From Malacoraja senta (lineage: Eukaryota): a stretch of DNA of 64,000 bases. The notes below the pieces were generated by a model, which had not been told where the DNA came from, did no database searches, and saw only the letters and a program-made list of their open reading frames with translations. Positions 37,719 through 50,223 of the stretch are shown here, in pieces; position 1 is the first letter of the stretch; every line of letters starts with the position of its first letter. The DNA is taken from the NCBI GenBank assembly GCA_038087875.1, contig CM076002.1:496001-560000 (forward strand), written 5' to 3'. A program made the translations under genes and the position numbers.

Positions 37719-39533
37719 ATGAGTTTTTCCCGCACCATGTTGATGGTCTCCAGATCTACGTGGAGAGGGACAGTATGGACATCCCCAGCCCACCCCTACC
37801 CACACTATCAGGAGGAGGAGAATCGTGCGTGACCTCATTTACAGCAGCCTCAGAGTCACTAGTGTCTCCAAAAACCTCACTTACTATCTGGTTAAAGCTT
37901 TGCTCTTCCCTCACATCTTTGTCTTCCTGTTCACTTACCCCAGGGTTATTATCGAGCCGTACCTGTGGGACAGCCCTTGTGCAATGATTGAAATGGTACC
38001 ATGTAGATTGACCTTCTACCTGAACCGCAGTGGGTGAGGCCTTAATTACTGTAAACGGTCCTTCTCTTCTTGGCTCATTCCATTTCCTTCAGAAGGCTCG
38101 TACATACACCTTGTCTCCGGGTTTAACGTGTCCCTCCTCCTGGTTCACCTCCGACTTATTTTGTTTTTCCCAAGCATAAATAGACGTGTATCATAGTTAA
38201 CTGTTGCATATACTGCTTAAGTTCTACCTCTAACTGTTCCAAGCTTGGTCCCTTATCGGGACCTCTCCATTGTGGTGCCAGCATGGGCCGGCCAGTAAAC
38301 ATCTCGTGTGGTGTTAGGTGGGTTATTCGGTTAGTTTGCATGCAACAACTCATCAGTGCCAATGGCAGGGCATCAATCCAATTCAACTTTGTAGTTACAC
38401 AAATCTTATTTATCTTAGCCTTCAATGTCCCATTAATTCTCTCCACCATGCCCTGTTACTGCGGGTGATATACACACCCAAACCTTTGTTTCACTCTAAA
38501 GGCCTGTAACACCAGCTTGACTACTCTCTGAATGAAAGCCGATCCGTTGTCAGAACTGATTTCTATCGGTATACCAAACCTTGGGATTACCTCATTTGTC
38601 AGAAACTTTACTACAATCCCTGCACGTAAATCTATGGACGGTACTGCCTCCACCCACCTGCTAAATCTATCAATTACTACTAGCATATACCTTTTTCCTC
38701 TTACCTTCTTTATCATATCCACATAGTCAATCACCAGGTTCCTAAATGGACCGTCGAGCACAGGAATGTGGCCTGTAGGCGTTGTTATTTCCTTTCTGAC
38801 ATTGTTTTGAGCGCATACCTCACACTGTGACAAAACGTGGTCCACCGACACCTGCAAATAAGGGACCAAAACCCATCCTTTTTCACCTTTCTTATAACTT
38901 CCCCTTGCGCAATGGTCTAACCCATGCGCTTCTGAAATAAGCATGGTCAGCAATGGTGTGGGTGCTACCAATAATCCATCTTCAGTAGTCCACAAGGCCC
39001 CCGAGTTCTACTTAGCTCCCCTTTGTCTCCACATAGAATGCTCTGCTAAAGTTGCCTTACCCTGCATTTCAATTATGTCCTCCTCTGTGGGTTCCAGACC
39101 CAAACTTACCTGAGGTGTAACAACAGCTGATTGTCATCCAGATGCTATTTTAGCTGCTTCATCTGCAGCGTGATTTCCCTTTATGATCATGTTGTTTCTT
39201 TTCTGATGTGCCGGGCATTTAATGACAGCTAGTCCTCTTGGCTTCATTATTGCCTTTATCAGGTCTGTAATTTGTTGATAATGTTGTATGGGGTCTCCGT
39301 TGCTTTTCTTAAAACCTCTCTGTTTCCATACAGCCCCAAACAAGTGACAGACCCAGTGTGCATATGCCGAGTCTGTATAAATATCAACTTTCTCACCTTC
39401 CATCACTTCACATGCTGCTATTAAAGCCTTAATTTCTGCCAGCTGAGCAGAGCAAGGTTGCAGTCAAGCTTCCAATTTAATTACCTTAAATTCTGATTGG
39501 TTCTGTTGCACTACTGCAAACCCTGCATGATTG
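37719..39533 (-). mobile_element. pol: Endogenous retrovirus (class I, epsilon-like): RNase H, integrase, env start
   Basis: RNase H (AGFAVV, IYTDSAYA, KCPAH, GNHAADEAAK). Integrase HHCC (HGLDH...CEVC) and D,D35E (VIDY, SSDNG, VER), GPF..T.AV..WYH module. env signal peptide MRSRTILLLLIVWVGVGWG from ATG 37838. Confidence 0.92.
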
Positions 39534-40901
39534 AACAGGTACTTTGGATCTGTCTTCACTAAGGAAGACACAAACAATCTCCCAGATGTACTGGAGAACA
39601 GAGGATCTAAGGGGGTCGAGGATCTGAAAGAAATGTTTGTTAGGCGATAAATAGTATTGGGTAGGCTAATGGGACTGAAGGATGATAAATCCCCTGGGCC
39701 TGATGAACTGCATCCCAGGGTCCTCAGGGAGGTGGCTCCAGAAATAGTGGACGCATTGGTGATCATTTTCCAATGTTCAATAGATTCAGGATCAGTTCCT
39801 GTGGATTGGAGGATAGCTAATGTTATCCCACTTTTCAAGAAAGGAGCGAGAGAGAAAACGGGGAATTACAGACCAGTTAACCTGACTTCGGTGGTGGGAA
39901 AGATGCTGGAGTCAATTATTAAAGTGGTAATAATGGGGCATTTGGATAGCATTAAAAGCATTAGTCCAAGTCAGCATGGATTTATGAAAGGGAAATCATG
40001 CTTAACTAATCTTCTGGAAATTTTTGAGGATGTGACAAGTAAAATGGATGAAGGGGAGCCAGTGGATGTAGTGTATCTAGACTTTCTGAAAGCCTTTGAA
40101 AAGGTCCCACACGGGAGATTGGTGATTAAACTTAGAGCACATGGTATTGGGGGTAGGGTGTTGACGTGGATAGAAAATTGGTCAACAGCCAGGAAGCAAA
40201 GAGTAGGAGTGAACGGGTCCTTTTCAGAATGGCAGGCAGTGGCGAGTGGAGTGCCGCAAGGCTCGGTGTTGGGGCCGCAACTGTTTACCATATATATTAA
40301 TGATTTGGAAGAGGGAATTAGGAGCAACACTAGCAAGTTTGCGGTTGAAACAAAGCTGGGTGGCAGTGTGAACTGTGAAGAGGATGTTAGGAGGTTGCAG
40401 GGTGACCTGGACAGGTTGAGTGAGTGGGCAGATGCGTGGCAGATGCAGTATAATATGGATAAATGTGAGGTTATCCAATTTGGTGGCAAAAACAAGGAGG
40501 CAGATTATTATCTCAATGGGGTTAGGTTAGGTAAGGGGGAGGTACAGCGAGACCTGGGTGTCCTTGTACACCGGTCACTGAAAGTTGGCGTGCAGGTACA
40601 GCAGGCAGTGAAGAAAGCTAATGGAATATTGGCCTTCATAACAAGAGGATTTCAGTATAGGAATAGAAAGTTTCTTCTGCAGATGTGTAGGGCTCTGGTA
40701 AGACCACATCTGGAGTATTGCATAAAGTTTTGGTCTCCTAATTTGAGGAAGGACATCCTTGTGATTGAGGCAATGCAGCGTAGGTTCACAAGATTGATCC
40801 CTGGGATGGCGGAACTGTCATATGAGGAAAGATTGAAAAGACTAGTCAAGGGATATGGGGAGAAGGCAGTCACGGGTTATTGATTGGGGACGATCAGCCA
40901 T
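39534..40901 (+). mobile_element. 5'-truncated CR1 inserted in ERV RNase H; its 3' end is at 49641-49724
   Basis: 408-aa RT ORF 39657-40883. TSD ATGATTG at 39527-39533 and 49725-49731. Confidence 0.92.
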
Positions 40902-42666
40902 AGAAACATAGAAAATAGGTACAGGAGGAGGTCATTCAGCCCTTCGAGCCAGCACCGCCATTCATTGTGATCATGGCTGATCGTCTCCTGTCACTAACCC
41001 GTGCCTGCCTTTTCCCCATATTGCTTCACTCCACTAGCCACTAGAGCTCTATCTAACTCTCTCTTAAATCCATTCAGTGATTTGGCCATCACTGCCCTCT
41101 TTGGCAGGGAATTCCATAAATTCACAACTCTTTGGGTGAAAACGTTTTTTCTCACCTCAGTCTTAAATGCCCTCCCCTTTATTCTAAGACTGTGGTCCCT
41201 GGTTCTTGACCCGCACAACATTGGAAACATTTTTCCTGCTTCTAGCTTGTCCAGTCCTTTTATAATTTTATATGTTTCCATAAGATCCCCCCTCATCCTT
41301 CTAAACTCCAGTGAATACAAGCCTAGTCTTTTCAATCTTTCCTCATATGACAGTCCCACCATCCCAGGGATCAATCTCGTGAACCTACGCTGCACTGCCT
41401 CAATCACAAGGATGTCCTTCCTCAAATTACGAGACCAAATCTGTACACAATACTCCAGATGTGGTCTCACCACAGCCCTATACAACTGCAGAAGAACCTC
41501 TTTACTCCTATACTGAAATCCTCTTGTTATGAAGACAAAAATTCCATTAGCTTTCTTCAGTGCCTGCTGTACCTGTAAGCCAACTTTCAGTGACCGGTGT
41601 ACAAGGACGCCCAGGTCTCGCTGCACTTCCCGCTTACCTAACCTAACCCCATTGAGATAATAATCTGTCCCCATGTTTTTGCCGCCAAAGTGGATAATCT
41701 CACATTTATCTATATTATATTGCATCTGCCACGCATCTGCCCACTCACTCAACCTGTCCAGGTCACCCTGCAACCTCCTAACATCCTCTTCACAGTTCAC
41801 ACTGCCACCCAGCTTTGTGTCATCCGCAAACTTGCTAGTGTTGCTCCTAATTCCCTCTTCCAAATCATTAATATATATGGTAAACAGTTGCGGCCCCAAC
41901 ACCGAGCCTTGCGGCACTCCACGCGCCACTGCCTGCTATTCTGAAAAGGACCCGTTCACTCCTACTCTTTGCTTCCGGTCTGCCAACCAATTTTCTATCC
42001 ATGCCAACACCCTACCCCCAATACCATGTGCTCTAATTTTAGTCACCAGTCTCCCGTGCAGGACCTCATCAAAGGCTTTCTGAAAGTCTAGATACACTAC
42101 ATCCACTGGCACCCCTTCATCCATTTTACTTGTCACATCCTCAAAAAGTTCCAGAAGATTAGTCAAGCATGATTTCCTTTCATAAATCCATGCTGACTTG
42201 GACTAATCCTTTTACTGCTATCCAAATGCCCCATTATTACCTCTTTAATAATTGACTCCAGCATCTTTCCCACCACCGAAGTCAGGCTAACAGGTCTGCA
42301 ATTCCCTGCTTTCTCTCTTGCTCCTTTCTTGAAAAGTGGGATAACATTAGCTATCCTCCAATCCACAGGAACTGATCCTGAATCTATTGAACATTGGAAA
42401 ATGATCACCAATGCGTCCACTATTTCTAGAGCCACCTCCATGAGGACCCCGGGATGCAGACCATGAGGCCTAGGGGATTTATCATCCTTCAGTCCCATTA
42501 GCATACCCAATACTATTTCTCGCCTAATGAAAATTCCTTTCAGTTCCTCTACCCCCTTAGATCCTCTGTCCTCCAGTACATCTGGGGGATTGTTTGTGTC
42601 TTCCTGAGTGAAGACAGATCCGAAGTACCTATTCAACTCTTCTGCCATTTTCTTGTTGCCCAAAAT

Positions 42667-45600
42667 AATAGTAAGATTAAACGAGAACTTACCAGTTTGA
42701 AGTTTGATCTGTATTTTATGAGGAGTTACGATGAGGGATTACGTGAAGACCCCGTTCAGCACGCATGCGCGACATTCTTCAAAGCAGCGGTGTGGAATCA
42801 CAGGAAACACAATAATTGAAATAAACATAGTAAAGAAAAGGAGAACTAAGATACCTGTTGATCTATATATTTGAGGGTGGGAGCGGAGGGCACATAATCC
42901 CTCATCGTAACTCCTCATAAAATACAGATCAAACTTCAAACTGGTAAGTTCTCGTTTAATCTTACTATTTTACTTCGGAGTCACGTGAGTGACTACGTGA
43001 AGATTTTAAAGCTCTGTGATTTCAAACCGTGTAACAGTTCATACTTCACTCGCTGCCGAAGTCATTCAAGGGAGGAAGTATGTTATCGTAATCAACCATA
43101 ATCTGTTTGTAAACAATAATGGTATCTATTAAACAATAACAAAAGACAAAATGCTCCCCCGGGCTTAAATTATATAATTTTGCAGATTTTAAAACTCTTT
43201 CTGCAAATAACACAGGTTCTGCTAGCGGCTTGTGGTAGAACGTTTGGAACATTTTCTCCATGTTCATTCTTTTAGCCGCCGATGTGGATGCTGCCCTGGT
43301 GGAGTGAGATGTATATACATCAGTATCTACTCCAGCAGCTCCCAGTGCCTGCTTGAGCCATCTCGAGATGGTTTGGCTCGACACCCAACCATGAGGTTTC
43401 TTGTGGCTGACCCATAAGGCTTTTTTATTTATTTATTTATTTATTTATTTATATTTATATATATATATATATATTTTTTTTTTCCTTCTCCCTCGAGAAT
43501 CTCTTGTTGTGTTGATGTAAGTGAATAAGTGAGTCATGACACACAACCGTAGGTCAGGTGGGTATGCCCGGAAATCCATAACTAGGACTCAAGTTCCTGG
43601 CTTGCTCTGCTTTAGCAGCTCCTGAATGGTGAATGAGACCCGGTCTGGTGTTATAACCATGTTGTCCAGTCGCAGTAAGTGGAGGGACTGGACTCTTTGT
43701 GCTGAGACTAGTAGCATCAGCATGACCGTTTTCAGGGTTAGCTTTTCCAGGGTGAGAGACCTGGCTGGGGACCATCCCCTTAGGTATGTCAGGACCACAC
43801 TGACATCCCAGATTTGTGTATACCTAGGTCTAAGAGGGTTGGAGTTGACGATACTCCTCATGAGTTTGATCACCAGCGGGTGAGACCCTATGGCCTGTTG
43901 TCCTGGCACCTGTTTTAAGTAGGCTGACAGCGCACGTCTGGCAGTATTGATGGCGCTGTAGCTCAATCCTTCATTATGGTGAAGGCCCCCCAGGAACTCC
44001 AGTACATTGGTTATGGTTGCAGATGAGTACGTTGTCCCAGTAGTCGAGCAGTATCTTTCCCACTTCCTGATGCTCGATAGGTATTGTTTCCTGGTGGACA
44101 TACGGTGTCATCATGTTGATGGTCCTGTCAGACAATCCCAGTCCCAGCAGTGGTCTTTTGATAATCTGCAACCCAGTAGGTTAATTTTGGCATGGCATGG
44201 ATGACTTATGCCTGATACAGGGTGCGTCAATAGGTCTGGGCTACTGGGAAAGGTCATAGGAGTGTCGATGACCATGTCGAGGACCACTGGGAATCATGGC
44301 TATGTAGGCCAGTTGGTACTATCAAAATACCTGAAGCAGAGTCCATCTGTATTTTGCGTAGTACCCTACAGATTAAGGCAGAAGGGGAAAAAGCATAGAA
44401 GAAATCTGTCCCCCAGTTCAGCGCGAATGCATCTATCGCTGCTGCCTCAGGGTGTGGTTCCCAAGGGACATACATTGGTACGTGGTGATTTAGTCTGGAT
44501 GCAAAGAGATCGATATCTGGTGTGCCATATTGGTTTGTAATTTTAGCAAAGCTCTAGGATTTAACATCCATTCGGTGTTTATCATTGAATTTGCATGACC
44601 TGGCACTGTATTTAGCTTACCTGGTAGATAAGTTGCTGATAGCCAAATATGTCTATCGACCCACCATTACCAGATTGTGTTGACCCAATTGTCACATGAT
44701 ATCGATTTTATTCCGGCCATATGGTTAATATAGGCCACCACCGTGATATTATCAATTTGTAAATGAACATGCAAGTTGTGCATATTCCTAGAATATGCTT
44801 TAAAACCATAAAACGCACCCAACATTTCCAAATAATTTATGCCCAGTGTTTGTAGTAAAGACGAGTCTAGGTTAGTCCATCTACCACCTGTGCTGGATAT
44901 GGTATTAGTTGCTCCCCAGCCTTGAGCACTGGCATCTGTTTGTATAGTTAACGTTGGGTTATTGATGATGATAGGGCTGGAACTATGCCAAATGTGTTAT
45001 ATCCACCATTGCTTCAATGGGTAGTTTCATGGATCTGTCAAAGTGACCTGCATGTCGTTTCAACGCCTGTACTTTTGCCCTTTGTAGGTGCTGATAGTGC
45101 AGGAGTCCAAATTGTGTAGCTGAAAATGCTGCTACCATTTTGCCAATTACTCTTGCCACTTGTGGGATGGTTGGTCGATTGCTTACCATTAAATTGTTGC
45201 ACATCTGTGCCAATTCTGCTGCTTTACCTTTTGGCAACATTACAGACATGTGGATTGAGTTAATTGAATCCCAGATAGTCCATAGTTGTGGATGGCGTCA
45301 ACTTAGATTTATCTGGATGTATGACAAACCCAGGGTTTCAAACTATTATTTGGTAGCTAATACAGCTGATTTAGCCAACTCCATGGTTTTGCCAACTATT
45401 AGGATATCATCAAGATACGCCATGACAATATGTCTTTGTTTCGCTAATGTTGCCAAGGCTGGTTTTAATATCTTGGTAAATAGTCTAAGGCTGATGTCAA
45501 CCCATTAGGCAATACTTTATACTGCCATAGTTGCCCCATCCAGGTAAATTTTCAGGTATCTGCGATGACCCTTGTGAATGGGTACTGAATAGTAGGCATC

Positions 45601-47498
45601 TTTTAGATCAATGCTTGCCATAAAGTATCCTTTGGAAATCAGTTGTTTAGCAGTTACAAATGTTTCCATTTTGAAATGTACATACTTAACAAAGGTATTT
45701 AGTGAGGTTAAGTCAATGATGATGCGACATCCACCATCTTTTTTACTTTTGGTAAATATATTTGAGACAAATTCCAAAGGATCATGTTTGGATTTCTCAA
45801 TGACACCCTTTGTAAGTAACCTCACCAGTTCTGCTTGAGCCTCTAGTTCTCTTTGACTGAGAGGGTAAAGACCCTTTGGGTACGTGCTGAACTGGTGGCA
45901 TGTTTTCGTGAATGAACTCTATTTTGTATCCCCGAATACTGTTAAGTATATAACTATCATTCGTGAGACACCTCCTGTTAGTACAGTTCCCCATTTACAT
46001 GCTGGTAGGAACCAGACCCACCTACCTCCATAGTTATGGTAGTGTTCCTTTCTTCCGTTTGTTCATCCGTCGTTATACTGCTGGATGTACTGTTGATGTA
46101 CTGCTGATTGGGGGTGGCGCATTTTCCATGGGGTCCGCTCTGGGCCCTGGCCTAAAAAGGCTTTCGGGGATAGTATGCGGACCCCGAGCTTTCACCAGTT
46201 CCATAAATTTGACCTTGACTGGTGGACGCGGTGGGGTACTGCCGTCTGTTTTTTTGTGTGGGTCTGCTCGTTCCGGGGCCTGCCCTCATGAGGCCAAATG
46301 CTTTGGACTCCTCCTCCAGGTCTTTCACTTGTCCTTCCAAATAACAGGATCTGCGGCTCTGAGGCCGCTGTTTTACACAGTCCTGCAAACCTGGGATTGA
46401 GGGCAGGTCTTATTCTCTCCTTGCGGAGGTTATTTATCTCATATTGGGTGTAGCACAGCAGAGCCAGAGTGTCTTGCTGGTTTGTGGTCATATCCACCCC
46501 ATCCACGGAACGAGCATAGGCTGTTATCCCTGTCGTCAGGAGCTTGAGGATTTTAGCTCCTGGTTCCGGATACTCTGTCCCCCCCCCCCAGATTTGGCTG
46601 TTAACAGCCGGTACATTGAGCGAACTGCAGTTTTCCAGCTCTAGTGTCTCATTAAGTACCTGTCTTGTAGGGGTTTGAGGGACAGGTGGTTGATGCTGGC
46701 CGCCAGTTTTGGCTCCAATGGCCGCCCTGCTCGTGGTGAAACCACGTAGCGGATCTCCACACCCAGCAGCTCTTCCTGATCCTGTACCCCAAGCGTACTC
46801 CCGACATCTTCAGCCAATGACCCCTCTTCCTGACCAGCCCAGCCCTGGTCGCCAACGCTGCCCTGCTTTGAGGGGAAAGCGATGGCCAGTGCATTTATAG
46901 AGCACTGCTGTGGGAGTGCCTGATCCCCCTGGCGAGACTGCTCTAGCTCCTGAAGCAATTCTCGCTGGAGCAGTTGCTCCATGAGCCTTTTCATTCGGCT
47001 CAGGCGGCTAGCTCTGCCGCTCTAAGGCGGACCCTCCTCATCGGAGTCAGACATAACCGGCCGGTATGTTTGTTTGTTTGTTTGTTTGTTTGTTTAAACT
47101 TTTCCTCCAGCCCGCTGCCGCTCATCAGGCGGCGCTAGCGGTACTGGGCTCGGCTCGGTCTCGATGAGGGTGGACCGCCGCATATGCGGTCCAGGTGCCG
47201 CCTCTCGCCCCCCACTGATGGAACACTCCCGTTCTGTTGGAGTCGAACGGGGGGCGGTTTTCTTCCTTTGCCATGCTGCTCCTGTTCCCAGTTCCTCTGG
47301 AATAGAGAGCAGAGCACAGCTTGCGGATTACGACCTCAGTGTAAGACTTACCTGAAGGTCCGCTGTTTATTTTCACCGACGTGTAGCGGGAGCGCCTGTA
47401 CTCCCGGTCGCCGCTGTTGCACTGCGTGAACGCTAATGTCGCGCATGCGTGCTGAACGGGGTCTTCACGAAGTCACTCACGTGACTCCGAAGTAAAAT
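42667..47498 (-). mobile_element. DIRS1 element #2, complete termini (ITRs and ICR), degenerate ORFs
   Basis: ITR 42741-42776 vs 47435-47470. ICR ~42896-43002 is complementary to both ends. gag ~46150-47300, RT 45250-45990, RH/MT 44250-45250, YR 43046-44170 (SHSTRAAS). Confidence 0.95.
43421..43483. repeat. Compound microsatellite (TTTA)n(TA)n(T)n inside DIRS YR
   Basis: Directly visible. Confidence 0.85.
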
Positions 47499-49724
47499 GT
47501 CACCTGTGTCTGCCTTCAAGGGACCCACATTTGACTTTGCTACTCATTTTCCCTTAACATATCTAAAGAAGCTTTTACTGTCCTTCTTTATATTCCTGGC
47601 CAGCTTCCCTTCGTACTTCATCTTTTCAGCCCGTATTGCTCGTTTTGTTTCCTTCTGTTGTCCTATGAAAGTTTCCCAATCCTCTGGCTTCCGGCTACTC
47701 TTTGCTGTGTTATACATCTTTTCTTTTAGTTTTATTCTATCCCTAACTTCTCTTGTCCGCCACGGTTGCCTCCTACTCCCCTTAGAATCTTTCTTCCTTT
47801 TTGGAATGAAATGATCCTGCGTCTTCCGGATTATGCCCAGAAATTCCTGCCATTGCTGTTCCACGGTCATTCCTGCTTGGATCCCTTCCCAGTCTACTTT
47901 GGCCAGTTCCCCTCTCATGCCTTCATAATCCCCTTTGTTCAACTGCATCACTGACACTTCCGATTTAACGTTCTCCTTCTCAAATTGCAGATTAAAACTA
48001 ATCATTTTATGATCACTACCTCCAAGCGGTTCCTTTACCTCGAGATTTCGTCATATCTGGTTCATTGGACAACACTAAATCCAGAATTGCCTTTTCTCTG
48101 GTCGGCTCCGTTACAAGCTGCTCTAAGAATCCATCTCGGAGGCATTCTACAAACTCTCTTTCTTGGGGTCCTGAACCAACCTGATTTTCCCAGTCTACCT
48201 GCATATTGAAATCCCCCATCACCACAGTGGCATTACCTTTGTTACATGCCAGTTTTAACTCCTGCTGCAACTTACACCCTACATCCGGGCTACTATTTGG
48301 GGGTCTGTAAATAACACCAATTAGTGTCTTCTTGCCTTTACAATTCATCAACTCAATCCACAGTGACTCTACCTCGTCAGTCCCTATGTCTTCCATTGCA
48401 AGGGATTGAATTCCATCCCTCACCAGCAGAGCTACCCCCCCCCTCCTCTGCCCACCTGCCTGTCTTTTCTATAGGATGTATAACCCTGAATATTAAGTTC
48501 CCAGGCCCGATCCTCCTGCAGCCACGTCTCAGTAATCCCCACAATGTCATATCTACCAACCTCTAAATGAGCCTCAAGCTCATCTACTTTACTTCATATA
48601 CTTCGCGCATTCATATACAATACTTTTAATTCCTTACGCATCTCACCTTTCACATCGATCCTTATTACACTTGGCCATACTCTCCTATCCCTTTGTGAGC
48701 TTCCTGTCCCGTTAATTCTGGGGTCATTAACCATCCCTTTACTCTCTTTCCCTTTAACTCCGTCCTCGACTATCCCATTTGACACCCCATCCCCCTTATT
48801 CAGTTTAACACCACCCGTGTAACAGTGGCAAACCTGCCTGCCAGAATGCTGGTCCTCCACCTGTTAAGATCCAATGCGTCCCTTTTGTACAGTTCTCCCT
48901 TACTCCAAAACAGATTCCAGTGATCTAAGAATCTAAATCCCTGCCCCCTGCATCTGTTCCTCAGCCACACAATCAGGTCCCTTATCTCCCTGTTCCTGCT
49001 CTTGCCAGCACGAGGGAACTGGAAGCAAACCGGAGATAACAACCCTGGAGGTCCTGCTTTTCAGCATTTTTCCGAGCTCTCTAAAGTCAAGCTGTAGAAT
49101 ATTCATCCCTTCTTTCCAACATCGTTTGTGCCGACATGCACTACCACTTCCAGCTGTTCACCTTCGCCCTTGAGGATTTTCTGCACTCTGTCCGTGACAT
49201 CCTGGATCCTGGCACCAGGAAGGCAGCACACCATCCTCGAATCCTGTCTGTTGCCGCAGAAACCCCTGTCCGTACCTCTCACAATGGAGTCTCCAACTAC
49301 AATGGCGTTGCCTGACATTGGCCTCTTTGGTTTTGGCTCAACTTCTCTTTTTGCTTCGCAAGCCAGTCCGCCGCTCAGTGTGTTAACGTCTTCTGTCCCG
49401 ACAGCTTCTAAGTGGGTGAACCTGTTCACAAGAGGTACAACACCCGGGGACCTTTGCACTCCATGCTTCCCTCCCTTTTTCACCGTCACCCACCTTCTCT
49501 CTTCCAGTACCTTAGGTGTAACAATCTTACTGTAGGAACTTGTCGAGGAACGACTCAGTTTTCTCGGACGAACTTGCTTCTCCAGTTCCCCAACACGGTC
49601 CTTCAGGAGCTGTACCTGGATGCACTTCTCATATTTGTAGCAGCCATGATCACAATGAATGGGGGTGCTGGCTCGAAGGGCTGAATGGCCTCCTCCTGCA
49701 CCCATTTTCTATGTTTTTGTTTAT

Positions 49725-49875
49725 ATGATTGCAATTATGATCCCTATAACAAGAACCATCCACAAACAAGACCTTTTTGTCCTCATCATTCAATGGCTCT
49801 GACTGTATATCTGCTGTCAATTGAGAAAATAGCATTGTTTTTCCTGCACAATCATGAGGTTCTCCCTCATGACTC
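49725..49875 (-). mobile_element. pol: ERV pol fragment (tether and RNase H start)
   Basis: EGEPHDC...EPL...VLFVDGSCYRD..NH joins NHAGFAVV at 39533. Confidence 0.88.
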
Positions 49876-50223
49876 AGCTGCCGTGCATTTTGAAGAAACA
49901 GCAGCAAAGAGAAGCAGGAAAAAGCACTGATTAGCTCAGGCCCGAGTGGGAGGACAGTTAGAGGTGAGTCAGTGGGGGAAAACAGTTTAAAAATGAGGAA
50001 TTTGATTTTCTGAATTGGTAAATTAGGCAATTTATCAGTCAATATAAGCAAGACGGCTCTTAGGGAGCGGCAGTGAGGGAAGTGATTTGTGAGTAAAGTG
50101 TGAGTCTTTGGCTTGAGAGTCTTGTGAGGGAAGTGCCTTGTGAGTAAAGTGTGAGTCTTTGGCTCGAGAGTCTCGGCGAGGTGGCTACGCATAAAGCTCG
50201 AGAGGACTTAACGCGGTGAACAC

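Larger units (their letters stand above)
40902..49640 (-). mobile_element. Near-full-length CR1 (ORF1 SGNH esterase-like, ORF2 EN-RT), interrupted by DIRS #2
   Basis: ORF1 GDSIVRG...PGA...HVGTND (49103-49640), EN 48016-48640, RT 40994-42663, (ATAGAAAC) tail. TSD CAGCCAT at 40895-40901 and 49641-49647. Confidence 0.93.

Noticed and set aside
39657..40883. Domesticated RT gene (408-aa open ORF)
   Set aside because: 5'-truncated CR1 with the catalytic FADD changed to FAVE and an internal deletion; openness fits young age.
39971..42083. Recurrent antisense ORFs (WITSHLS.LYCIC...)
   Set aside because: Shadow frames of CR1 RT, present in all copies.
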